Assembly: GCF_000008365.1 (NCBI RefSeq)
Contig: NC_006908.1
Location: 720,001-752,000, forward strand
Source: Mycoplasma mobile 163K
GTDB taxonomy: Bacteria > Bacillota_I > Bacilli_A > Mycoplasmatales > Metamycoplasmataceae
DNA length: 32,000 bases
Reading direction: 5' to 3'
Under the pieces are notes generated by a model. It ran no database searches and was not told the origin of the DNA. It saw only the letters and a list, made by a program, of their open reading frames with translations. Both the position numbers and the translations under genes were made by a program. Every line of letters starts with the position of its first letter. Position 1 is the stretch's first letter. Below are positions 1 through 10,058 of this stretch, piece by piece.

Positions 1-242
1 GCTATTGCTTTTCTTATTGGTGTTACTTTTTCTCTCTTGGCAACTGTTTGAGAAGTTGGATCAAATTGAGATTTAGCTAGTTGTAAATTGCTATTACTTG
101 TAGCTGAATTTTTACTAAAATTCAAAACATCTTCTTGATAAATTCTTAATTTATTTTTTGATGGTTTTAATTTAGTAATATCAATTTTTAATTTCAGTGC
201 TAAATTTTTTGCAAGTGGCGTGATTATGATTTTGTTTTCCAT
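1..242 (-). CDS. pdhC: 2-oxo acid (pyruvate) dehydrogenase E2 dihydrolipoamide acyltransferase, 5' part; gene continues beyond window start
   Basis: Minus-strand ATG at 242-240 preceded by AAAGGAG. Translation MENKIIITPLAKNLALKLKIDITKL... looks like a peripheral subunit-binding domain. A Ser/Asn/Gln linker follows, then ...REKVTPIRKAIA, the typical start of the acyltransferase catalytic domain. Confidence 0.7.
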   Translation of the reverse strand, partial: MENKIIITPLAKNLALKLKIDITKLKPSKNKLRIYQEDVLNFSKNSATSNSNLQLAKSQFDPTSQTVAKREKVTPIRKAI

Positions 243-292
243 AATTAAAACTCCTTTCTAGTATAGTTTTACTTTTAATATTTATAATAAAA

Positions 293-322
293 AATAAAGT
301 TTATTTTAAATAAAACTTTATT
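293..322 (-). terminator. Weak AT-rich hairpin between pdhB and the E2 gene
   Basis: Arms AATAAAGTTT (293-302) and AAACTTTATT (313-322), followed on the minus strand by a T run. Only one G-C pair, so weak. Confidence 0.35.
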
Positions 323-339
323 TTCAATAGATTATTAAA

Positions 340-1319
340 TTATTCAGCTTTCAGTTCTCTTAATTTTGCAATGATTTTTTCTTTTGAAATAACAAAGAAG
401 TTTTCACCTTTAGCAAGAGGAACTGTAATGTCATAACCTGTTAATCTTACTGGTGCTGCTGATAAGTATTCAAAAAGTTCTTCATTAACTCTTGTAATAA
501 TTTCTGCTGAAACTGAAAATGATTTTACAGCTTCATGAACAACAATAAGTTTTCCTGTTTTTTTAACAGATTCTAAAATTGTATCAATATCAAGAGGTTT
601 AATTGTTCTTAAATCAATTAATTCAACACTCATTTCACTTCCTAATTCTCTAATTGCTGCTAAAGAATCATGAACTTGTGCTCCATAAGTAACTAATGTA
701 ATATCTGTTCCTTCTGTTAAAACATTAGCTTTACCAATTTCTACTTCATATTCTTCTGCAGGAATTTCTTCTTTAAAAGCACGATAGATTTTTTTAGGTT
801 CAAAGAAAATAACAGGATCTGGATCTTTAATTGCTGCAATTAATAAACCTTTTGTGTCATAAGGAGTTGAAGGCAAGATAACCTTTAATCCTGGAATGTG
901 TGCATATAAAGCTTCTAAAGCTTCTGAGTGATGCTCTAAAGCTCTAATTCCTCCACCCATAGGAATTCTTACAACCATAGGAACTGTAAAACGCCCTCTT
1001 GATCTATTTCTATATCTTGCAGCATGCGTGAATAGTTGCATCATTGCTGGGAAAGAAAAACCTGAAAATTGAATTTCTACAACTGGTTTTAATCCATAAA
1101 TTGCTGCTCCTACTCCTACTCCTGCAATTGCAGCTTCTGAAATAGGTGCATCAAAAATTCTTTTATCTCCAAATTTTGCTTGAAGTCCTTTAGTTGCTCT
1201 AAAAACTCCACCTTCATATCCGGCATCTTCACCTCAAAGAACAACATCTTTGTCTTTTTCCATCATAATTTCTAAAGCATTTGTAACTGCTTCGATATTA
1301 TTTACTTTAATTTTTGCCA

Positions 1320-1320
<1 letters not shown>
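340..1320 (-). CDS. pdhB: Pyruvate/2-oxo acid dehydrogenase E1 beta subunit
   Basis: ATG at 1320-1318. MAKIKVNNIEAVTNALEIMMEKDKDVVLWGEDAGYEGGVFRATKGLQAKFGDKRIFDAPISEAAIAG... joins track ORF 340-1044 in frame across TGA codons. 326 aa, typical E1-beta length and motifs. Confidence 0.93.
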
Positions 1321-2432
<1,112 letters not shown>

Positions 2433-2661
2433 TTTCTCTCCTATTAAATTTGTAAGAACTTATAAGCAATTTCTTGCATTCTAACTTCTTCTTACTTAAT
2501 TATTATATAACATATATATGAATATATAAAAGATTTATGTCCAATTTATTCAAAAAATATGCTTTTTTTGAAATATTTCTAGGCAAAATTTGAAAAAATA
2601 TAAGAAATGAAAGTTTAAAAAAGAAGAAGAAAAGCCTTTTACTAGACTTATTAACAATTTA

Positions 2662-2690
2662 TTAACAACTTATAAACATTTTGCTATAAT
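2662..2690 (+). promoter_or_regulatory. Sigma-70-type promoter (TTAACA, 17-nt spacer, TGcTATAAT)
   Basis: TTAACA at 2662-2667, a 17-nt spacer, and extended -10 TGCTATAAT at 2682-2690. Confidence 0.45.
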
Positions 2691-2865
2691 AAATTTGGTA
2701 TTAAATTTTTTTTAATACCAAGGTTTGTCGATTGTATAAATTTTTATTGTTTTGTTTTCATTGGTTTTATAGCTGATTTTTTTCAATTAATAGATTTAAT
2801 CATTTTTTTATTGTCTTATATGCTAGGTTTACTAGTCTATAAATTCTGGATTAATAAACAGAAGT

Positions 2866-2893
2866 AAAAGCATCTTAATTAGATGCTTTTTTT
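2866..2893. terminator. Rho-independent terminator hairpin, potentially bidirectional
   Basis: AAAAGCATCT (2866-2875), loop TAATT, AGATGCTTTT (2881-2890), then a T run. Lies just below the stop of the minus-strand yaaA-like gene (2897). Confidence 0.6.
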
Positions 2894-2896
2894 AAT

Positions 2897-3496
2897 TTAT
2901 AGAGATTTTTTTAATAAAATTTCATGAAATTTTTGACCTCTTTGTTTTTTTGTTTTTAAATTAAATTTTTCTAATAAATTAACATATTTTGATTTTTCTA
3001 ATAAATTGGTAAATTCTTGCGAGGCAAGAGAATAAATTTCAAATTCATTTAAGTAATTATTAATACTTTCTTTTCAAAAATCATACAAATCAAAAGAAAG
3101 ATTCTTATATTTAAAATCTAATCTATAAGGAGATATTAGATCAAAAGGCTTTAAAATTCCATAAAAAGCATCGATAATTAAAACATGTTCGCTCAATCAA
3201 CTTAAATCATAACTATTTAAATTTAATTGTTTAAAAAATGTTCCATCGTAAATTTTTATAGCAGGATAAAGCTTTTGATTATATTTTTGAAAATATTCAA
3301 AAGTTTTTTTAGCAACTTTTTCGCTAATCTTGAAATTTTTTGAAATTTGCTTTTCAGATAAATAAATTAATTCTTGGGCAATTGTTAAATTTTTTTCAAA
3401 GAAAAATGGAATATCAAAATTCTCTTTTTTATCTACCATTTCATTAATATTTAAAGTTTTTGATGAATTAATTAAAATTTTGAAGTTTTTTTTCAT
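2897..3496 (-). CDS. yaaA: YaaA/UPF0246 (DUF328) peroxide-stress family protein
   Basis: Track ORF 3197-3496 (MKKNFKILINSSKTLN...YDGTFFKQLN) continues across TGA into ...WLSEHVLIIDAFYGILKPFDLISPYRLDF..., matching the family's YGLLRPLDxIxPYRL core. True stop TAA at 2899-2897. 199 aa. Confidence 0.75.
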
Positions 3497-3503
3497 AAAA
3501 AAA

Positions 3504-3532
3504 TTGTATCATTTTAAATTTTGAACTATAAT
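3504..3532 (+). promoter_or_regulatory. Candidate promoter for the SemiSWEET pair
   Basis: TTGTAT (3504-3509), a 17-nt spacer, TATAAT (3527-3532). AAGGAG RBS at 3549-3554. Confidence 0.45.
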
Positions 3533-3558
3533 AAAGGTAATTAAAATTAAGGAGAAAT

Positions 3559-3954
3559 ATGTTTGTTGCGTTAACTGTTTTTTCTCTTATAGGTTCAATT
3601 GGTTTAGTTTTTGGTTTTATGCCTCAGGCTTGAAAAACTTGAAAAACAAAAGATGCTAGGCACTTAAGTTTGATAATGTTTATTTTAGTTAATATTGCTG
3701 CAGTCTTTTTTATTATTTATGGAATTTCATTTTTAGGTAGATTTGCAAGCCCTGATGTTAGTATGGATCAAAAAATAAGTAGTGATTTAATCCCAGGTTT
3801 ATCATTATTGCTTTCAAATTTAATTGTTTTATTTGGATCTTTAGTAATCACATATGTAAAAATTAAAAATTTAAAAGAGGAAAAATTTACTAAAAAGAAT
3901 TTAAATTTAGGTGACTTAAATAAATCAAATATTTTAGAAGGAGACAAAAAATAA
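3559..3954 (+). CDS. PQ-loop / SemiSWEET-type small membrane transporter
   Basis: ATG at 3559 after AAGGAG. MFVALTVFSLIGSIGLVFGFMPQAWKTWKTKDARHLSLIMF... carries the PQxxKxxKTKDxxxxSL signature and three hydrophobic helices. In frame with track ORF 3670-3954 across TGA codons. 131 aa. Confidence 0.75.
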
Positions 3955-4352
3955 TGCAGTGATTTGATATTTTAGCTTTAATTGGCTCATGAATTGCTAC
4001 TCCACTAATTTTTTTGGCTTATTTACCTGGATCAATCAAAACAATAAGGACTAAACAAACTTCAGGGATTGGACTACTTGCTTTTTCAATTTTAACTATT
4101 GCTTTAACTTGTTTATCAATTTTCGGATGGATAAATGTTGTTGTTTCAAGGGACATTACTCAAGCTATTGCCTTTGCTATTTTTCAAACAGGTTCTTTAA
4201 TTTTTGCAGCTACTATGTTGGGAGTAAAATTAATTAATATCTTTAAAGCTAAAAAATCTGGGCTTTCAGAAGAAATCTATTGTAAAAATTTGAGTAAAAC
4301 TCAAGAATTAAATATTGAAGAAAAAACTCAATATAAAAAGAAAAAATACTAA
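3954..4352 (+). CDS. Second, divergent PQ-loop / SemiSWEET-type membrane protein (PQ replaced by PG)
   Basis: ATG at 3954 overlaps the upstream TAA (ATAATG). MQWFDILALIGSWIATPLIFLAYLPGSIKTIRTKQTSGIGLLAF... parallels the motif of the upstream gene. In frame with track ORF 4014-4352. 132 aa. Confidence 0.65.
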
Positions 4353-4416
4353 TAATTAATTTAAACAAATTTGATTTTTTAAAATATATTATAATTATTT
4401 AAATAAAGGAGTACAT

Positions 4417-4632
4417 ATGTATCAATATAAAGCGGTCTTGAAATCAACTCAAGAAATCATTGCTGAAGGACATACAGTTGAAGATATAGAGCACCAAATT
4501 GTAGCTTTTAGAAGAGCAGCAAAAAAAGGTGATCATACAAGATCAAATGAGCAAGTTCAAATCATACACGTAAAAAGAGCGCAAAAAGAAGGTGCTAATT
4601 TAGCTAAAGAAGAAGTTGTTAAAATTGTTTAA
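4417..4632 (+). CDS. Small hypothetical protein (71 aa, charged, no recognisable domain)
   Basis: Intact ORF with AAAGGAG 7 nt upstream of the ATG and a strong terminator directly downstream. Confidence 0.6.
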   Translation: MYQYKAVLKSTQEIIAEGHTVEDIEHQIVAFRRAAKKGDHTRSNEQVQIIHVKRAQKEGANLAKEEVVKIV

Positions 4633-4637
4633 TAATT

Positions 4638-4666
4638 AAAAACACACTTAAAAGTGTGTTTTTAAT
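4638..4666. terminator. Bidirectional rho-independent terminator
   Basis: AAAAACACACT (4638-4648), loop TAAA, AGTGTGTTTTT (4653-4663). Sits between convergent genes. Confidence 0.7.
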
Positions 4667-4670
4667 TACC

Positions 4671-5210
4671 TCAAAGATTTTTAGAAACTCTTTCTGATTC
4701 TTGTTTACTTTTTAAAACCTCTATTACTTTTAAACCTAATTCAATTGAAAAAGCTGCTGATTTTGCGCTAAAAAAATTTTTGTAATAAACAACATTATCT
4801 TCATTTCTTTGTATAGGCTTTAGTTTTAAAATACTTTCAACTGGATAAGAGGTAAATATAATATCCTTTTTCAAAAGATTACTTTCATAAATAGCATTTG
4901 GAGCATCACAAATCATGATAATTATTTTATTTTTCTTAATAAAACTTTCAATTAAGTTTAAAGATTTTGAATCTTTTCTTAGATGTTGGGCTGCTTTTCC
5001 TCCTGGAATAAAAATAGCATCATAATCATTTTCGTTTATTTGAGTAATAGTATTTACATTAGCAATATTAAATTGGCCTGTTACTACTTTTTTATTATGT
5101 GGATTATAAAAATCATTTTTTTCTAAAAAATTTCCTCTTTGTAAAGTTGCATTTACATTAATCAATTCAATATCTTGAAATTCATCAAGAACTAAAGTTA
5201 GCAGTTTCAT
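4671..5210 (-). CDS. DJ-1/PfpI (ThiJ) family protein
   Basis: 179-aa intact ORF. ...DAIFIPGGKAAQHLRKDSKSLNLIESFIKKNKIIIMICDAPNAIY... has the GG-loop and nucleophile-elbow Cys arrangement of the DJ-1/PfpI fold. Confidence 0.8.
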   Translation of the reverse strand: MKLLTLVLDEFQDIELINVNATLQRGNFLEKNDFYNPHNKKVVTGQFNIANVNTITQINENDYDAIFIPGGKAAQHLRKDSKSLNLIESFIKKNKIIIMICDAPNAIYESNLLKKDIIFTSYPVESILKLKPIQRNEDNVVYYKNFFSAKSAAFSIELGLKVIEVLKSKQESERVSKNL

Positions 5211-5224
5211 TTTCTCTCCTTATT

Positions 5225-5854
5225 TTAATTGCAAATTTTTGAATTTTCTGTATCTTTTATCAAAATTAAACCATTTTTTTCAAATACTTTGTATAAAATA
5301 AAAAGCGGATTCATTAAAATTAGCGCAATGATTATTTCTAAAATAAAATTAGAATAAATTAAGGTTAGTCAAACAATAATTGTTCTATTTTTAAAAGCTG
5401 GAATTTCTATAATTGCATTATGTGAAAAAATCGTCACACTTACTCAAAAAGTATTAAAAAAAACCGATAGTGGAGCAAGAATAAAAAATTTTCAATGTTT
5501 TTTTTCGCCCATAATTTTAAAAACAAAATATACTGACAATCCCATAAGTAATCTTGATAAAATTGAAATATCTGGAAATAGCAAAAGCTGTGAAGGTTCA
5601 CCAATAGAAAGAGCTCTTAAAAATGACCCTATTCCAAATCCTAATGAAGATGTGCAAGATCCAACAAAACCTAAATGATAAGTTGCAAAAACCACTAAAA
5701 TTGGTAAGGTTGTAACATTAAATACACTAATGGAAAGATAACCTGTAAAAGGTACAAAAGTTAACACTGTAAAAATACTTAAGTAAAATGAAATTGTAAC
5801 TAAAATTCTTATAAAATTATTATTTCCATAAGAGTAATTATTTAAAAATTTCAT
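5225..5854 (-). CDS. ECF-transporter S (substrate-capture) component; pantothenate (PanT-like) suggested by context
   Basis: Track ORF 5492-5854 continues across several TGA codons to TAA at 5227-5225. 209 aa and about 6 hydrophobic helices. Its start overlaps the coaX stop by 17 nt. The substrate is inferred from operon context only. Confidence 0.55.
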
Positions 5855-6569
5855 AATAATCTTTTAATCCTAAAATAACCATATTATCTACATATTCATA
5901 ATCTTTTAAAACATCTTTTAGCATCCCATAATTACCACCAGTAATCAAAATTTTACTTTTTCCCTTTGGATCTAATTCATTGATAAAACCATTTATCAAA
6001 TGAAAGTTTCCTTTTAAAATTCCTAAAGAGATAGCTTCTTGAGTATTACCACCTAAATTTTTTCTAGGTAATTTTAAAATTACTTCACTAAGTTTTTTTG
6101 CAGATTGGATTAAACTTAAATATGAATTTTTAACTCCTGGAGCAATAATAGCTCCTTCTAAGCGTTTTGAAACAACATGAAAAATTACTGTTGCAGTTCC
6201 TAAAGAAATAACAATTGCATCTTCATATCTACTTGATACATATAAAGCATTTGCGATAATGTCGCTCCCAATAGAACTATGTTCACGTCCATTTAAATTC
6301 AAAATTTCTTTTTTTATTTTATCAATAAACATAACTTTGGATTTTAAATGAATTGAAGCAAAATCTTTTATTACTAAATTCAAAGAAGGAACAACGCTTG
6401 AAACAATTAAATAATTAAATTTTTGCTTTTTAATAAATGATTCTAAATTTTTGCTAAGCATATCACATGTATAATTCTCTAAAGTTGGTAATGTATAAAA
6501 ATGAAATTGATTTTCAATTTCATAGCCAAATTTTAAATTCGTGTTACCAATATCTAAGTATAAATTCAT
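5838..6569 (-). CDS. coaX: Type III pantothenate kinase
   Basis: MNLYLDIGNTNLKFG... (DxGNT phosphate-1 motif), ...ISLGTATV..., ...ILITGGN... 243 aa, intact ORF. Confidence 0.88.
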   Translation of the reverse strand: MNLYLDIGNTNLKFGYEIENQFHFYTLPTLENYTCDMLSKNLESFIKKQKFNYLIVSSVVPSLNLVIKDFASIHLKSKVMFIDKIKKEILNLNGREHSSIGSDIIANALYVSSRYEDAIVISLGTATVIFHVVSKRLEGAIIAPGVKNSYLSLIQSAKKLSEVILKLPRKNLGGNTQEAISLGILKGNFHLINGFINELDPKGKSKILITGGNYGMLKDVLKDYEYVDNMVILGLKDYYEIFK

Positions 6570-7636
6570 TTTGCTACCTCTTTTGCAATTATTTTCGCTA
6601 ATTCATATTTTGCTTTATTTTGAAATTGAATTTCTTGATTATTAATAAATAAAGTTCCATTTATTTTAGAAGTATTCATTGAATTTATTTGATTATATAA
6701 AATTCCATCTAAATTTAATTTTTGCATTTTATCTTTTGCATTTTGAATGTCTTCATCTAGCTTAAATCCTAAAATTTTAATGTTCTTGTTCAGCTTTCTT
6801 AGCTCTGTTAAAACATCTATGTTATTTTTTAATTCAAGAGTTTTAATTGAGTTTTTTTTGATTTTTCTTTCTGATTTTTCAACTAAAAAATCGCTTATTG
6901 CAGCACTTGAAATATAAATATCATAATCTTTAACTTTATCCAAAATTTGTTGATTAGAATTTTTTGATGCATCAACATAATCAACATAAAATCCTAAAAG
7001 TTTTAGTTCTTTGATAATTAATTTCCCAAATAAACCACTACTATCATTTGAAATGAATCTAATTGGATCTAAATAAATTTTAGATGCTCCATAACTTACA
7101 ATTACTTTTTTTGATGTTTTTTGATTATTTAAAATATTTGAAGCAAAATCTGCAATTTCTTCAGGTTCTGCCATTCTTCCAATTGCATCATATCCTTCAC
7201 TTAACTTTCCATACATTGGGCCAATTATATAATGTCCTCAATTTTCTAAAGTTTCAATGTGATTTCTTTTTAAAATAGATTCATACATTAAGTCATTCAT
7301 AGAAGGGGCAAAAAGAATTGGTTTATTTGTTGCCATTAACATTGCTAGAGCCATATTGTCACAAATTCCATTCACAAATTTTGAAATACTATTTGCACTT
7401 GCTGGAGCCATTATAAAAAGATCAATTCGTTTAACAAAAGCAATGTGTTCAGATTGTTTTGTTAAGTCTTGATTTAACAAAACAGGATTTAATTCCTGAA
7501 TATTTTTGTAATGAATTAAAGCATTAGTCGTTAGAATGATAAAGACTTCGAATCCTTTTAAAAAAAGAATTTCTTTTAAAGTCTTTATTTTAATAATGGC
7601 TACACTTGATGTAACAATAATTCCAATTTGTTTCAT
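6554..7636 (-). CDS. coaBC: Bifunctional phosphopantothenoylcysteine decarboxylase / phosphopantothenate-cysteine ligase
   Basis: Track ORFs 7238-7636 (flavoprotein CoaC half: ...IMAPASANSISKFVNGICDNMA...APSMN) and 6566-7216 (CoaB half: ...GRMAEPEEI...DPIRFISNDSSGLFG) join in frame through TGA at 7240-7238. The TGA at 6568-6566 is also read through, to TAG at 6556-6554. 360 aa. Confidence 0.88.
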
Positions 7637-7781
7637 ATTTTGCCTCTTCTAGCAATGTGAATTTCATCACAATATATTTTAAAAATTATATAACAAATTC
7701 TAAATTTAAACATAAGTAACTAATTAATATTAATTTTTAAGATTGTTTTAAATATATTTTTCAAAGTGGTATTATTTTTTT

Positions 7782-8522
7782 ATGAAAAAATATATTGAAA
7801 TTGGATTTACCAATAAAAGTTATACTGAAAATGGTTTTTTTTATCAAGAAAAAATAAGTAATAATTTTAATCATAAAATTGATTATTCAATTTTAAAAAA
7901 ACTAGATTTTGTCCCAAAATTTTTAGGACAAAAAAATAATATTAACAAGTGAGAATTGATTGATGTTATTCCTCTTGAATTAAATAAAGAAAATATTTCA
8001 AGAATAGCAAAAAATTTCAGAAAAATTCATGAATCTAACTTAAAATTCCCACCTTTTAATCTTGCAGGTAGAATAAAAGAATATCGAAAAATAATGAATG
8101 ATAAAAAAATTTCTTATCCTGAAATGGAAAAATACTATAAAAAAGTAAATACTATTTTAAGAAATATGGATAAATTAACCCCTTGTCATAATGATTTATA
8201 TTCAGCAAATATTTTGATAGAAAAAAATACTAATAAAATGTTTTTTATAGATTGAGAATATTCATCTTGTGGGGACAAACATTTTGATTTGGCTTATTTT
8301 ATTGAAAGCAATTTAAAAACAGATAAAGAAGAAAGTATACTTTTAGAAGCTTATGAAGCAAATTATGACTATTCATTTATCTTATTGCAAAGATTATTAG
8401 TGAATTATCTTATTGTACTTTGATTGCATACTTTTGAAACTCCTCCTTTTGATCCAAAGCCTTTTTTAAAAAAGATGATTGAATTAGATTTAAAGCATCA
8501 AGAATGAATAAAGAAAAATTAA
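7782..8522 (+). CDS. licA: Choline/ethanolamine kinase family (LicA-like) phosphotransferase
   Basis: ATG at 7782. In frame with track ORF 7956-8255 across TGA. ...TPCHNDLYSANILIEKNTNKMFFIDWEYSSCGDKHFDLAYFI... matches the Brenner (HNDL..N) and IDWEY choline-kinase motifs. 246 aa. Confidence 0.75.
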
Positions 8523-8530
8523 TATAAAAT

Positions 8531-9223
8531 TTATTCTTCAATTTTATCTAATTTGTAAATTTTAAAAATTTTGGCCTTTTCAAGCGCTTTAACAATTGTT
8601 CAATCCAAAATATAATCGGGGTATAATCCTCTTCCTTTTGAAATAAAAATAGTTTCTTCTGTTTCTTCTTTAAGATTATTTGGTTCACTATAATTTGAAC
8701 TAACTTTTATATTTTCTTCAGAATCAATGACAATTTTATTGAAACTTAAATTTCTATTGATTTCAATTTCTCTTGTTGTTTTTATTTCTTTGCTTAAATC
8801 TTGTTCAAAATAGTCCGAGCTTATTTCTACATTTGAAGCAGAATTTTTTTCTGTTGTTTTAGCAATTGATTCTTTTTCTTCTGCTATTCACTTTGAAAAT
8901 TTATAAATTGCAATGAATTGAAAAATAAATCCAATTCTAAAAAAGAACCCTATAACAAGTCCTAATAAAAGAAAAATTGAAATTTCACTTGGTAATTCAG
9001 AAGATTTTGCTAAAGATAAAATACTTAAAATAAATCATACTATTGCTAATATTAATGTAAAGGAAAAAATGGTAATATTTAAAAATATGTTAGGTATTTC
9101 AACTATAAATATAATTGCTAGGACAAAAAAAATAAATAATAAAATGTCAAAAAATGCTGCTCATTTTGCAAATAGTCGAGATTTTAGCAATGTATTTTCA
9201 TTGTATTCTAAGTTAAAAATCAT
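8531..9223 (-). CDS. Membrane protein, paralog 1 of the GFIFQFIA family
   Basis: Hand translation (ATG 9223-9221, TAA 8533-8531, 3 internal TGA): N-terminal helices including LLLGLVIGFFFRIGFIFQFIA, an acidic/Ser-Asn linker, and C-terminal ...GRGLYPDYILDWTIVKALEKAKIF... Absent from the track because of TGA codons. Confidence 0.65.
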
Positions 9224-9285
9224 ATTTTAATTATAAACAAATTTAACTCCAAATTGTAAATGTATTTTTAAATACATTGTTAATT

Positions 9286-9963
9286 TTATTCTTGTTTATT
9301 TATTTTAAAAATTCCTGCTTTTTCAAAAACTTTAAACGATGTTCAAGTTAAAATGTATTCAGGATATGAATTTTTGCCTGATTTAATTAATAAAGTTTCT
9401 TCTATTTCAGATGAATTATTTAAATTTGATGTTATCTTTACATTTTCAGTAGATTCAACTTCAATTTTTTTGTAACTATTATTATTTTCTAAAATAATAG
9501 GAATAGGTAGTGATCCCTTTTTCAAGTTTTCTTCACTATTAAAATTAGAACTATTATTTTGATTTTTAATGTCATTGCTATTCTCTTTTGGAAATTTATT
9601 ATGATCTGAATAATTTAAATTATCTAATAAAATGGAAATTTTTGCACTTGCAATAAATTGGAAAATAAACCCAATTTGGAAAAAGAAACCAAGAATAAGT
9701 CCTAAAAGCAACATTGTTGAAACATCATTAGGAACTGAATCTGAATTTATAACACTCATTATACTCAAAACTAATCAACTAATACTTGTTACTATTGCAA
9801 CAAGAAACAAAATAATTGATAAAATTATTAATCCGGGAATAAAAAAAACAGAAGCTACCAAAAAGATTGCTAATATTAATGAAATAAAGGAAACTATTTC
9901 AAAAATGGCTGCTTTTCTTGCACAAGATCTTATCTTTAATAATTGAGAAATTTTATGATTCAT
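9286..9963 (-). CDS. Membrane protein, paralog 2 of the GFIFQFIA family
   Basis: Track ORFs 9775-9963 and 9343-9768 join across TGA. Read-through of TGA at 9345-9343 extends to TAA at 9288-9286. Contains LLLGLILGFFFQIGFIFQFIA, a low-complexity Asn/Ser linker, and C-terminal ...NSYPEYILTWTSFKVFEKAGIF... Confidence 0.65.
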
Positions 9964-10058
9964 AGTGATATTATAGCAAAATTCTAGAAATATAAATTCT
10001 CATTTTTAAAAATAAAATCACTACTTTAAACTATTAAAATTTAGTTCATTTGATAATA

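Noticed and set aside
7084-7278. Plus-strand ORF 7084-7278
   Set aside because: It lies antisense within coaBC across the CoaC/CoaB junction. It has no RBS, and its translation is a Leu/Phe-rich shadow.
9632-9946. Plus-strand ORF 9632-9946
   Set aside because: It lies antisense to membrane paralog 2, whose minus-strand frame is supported by paralogy with the two neighbouring genes.
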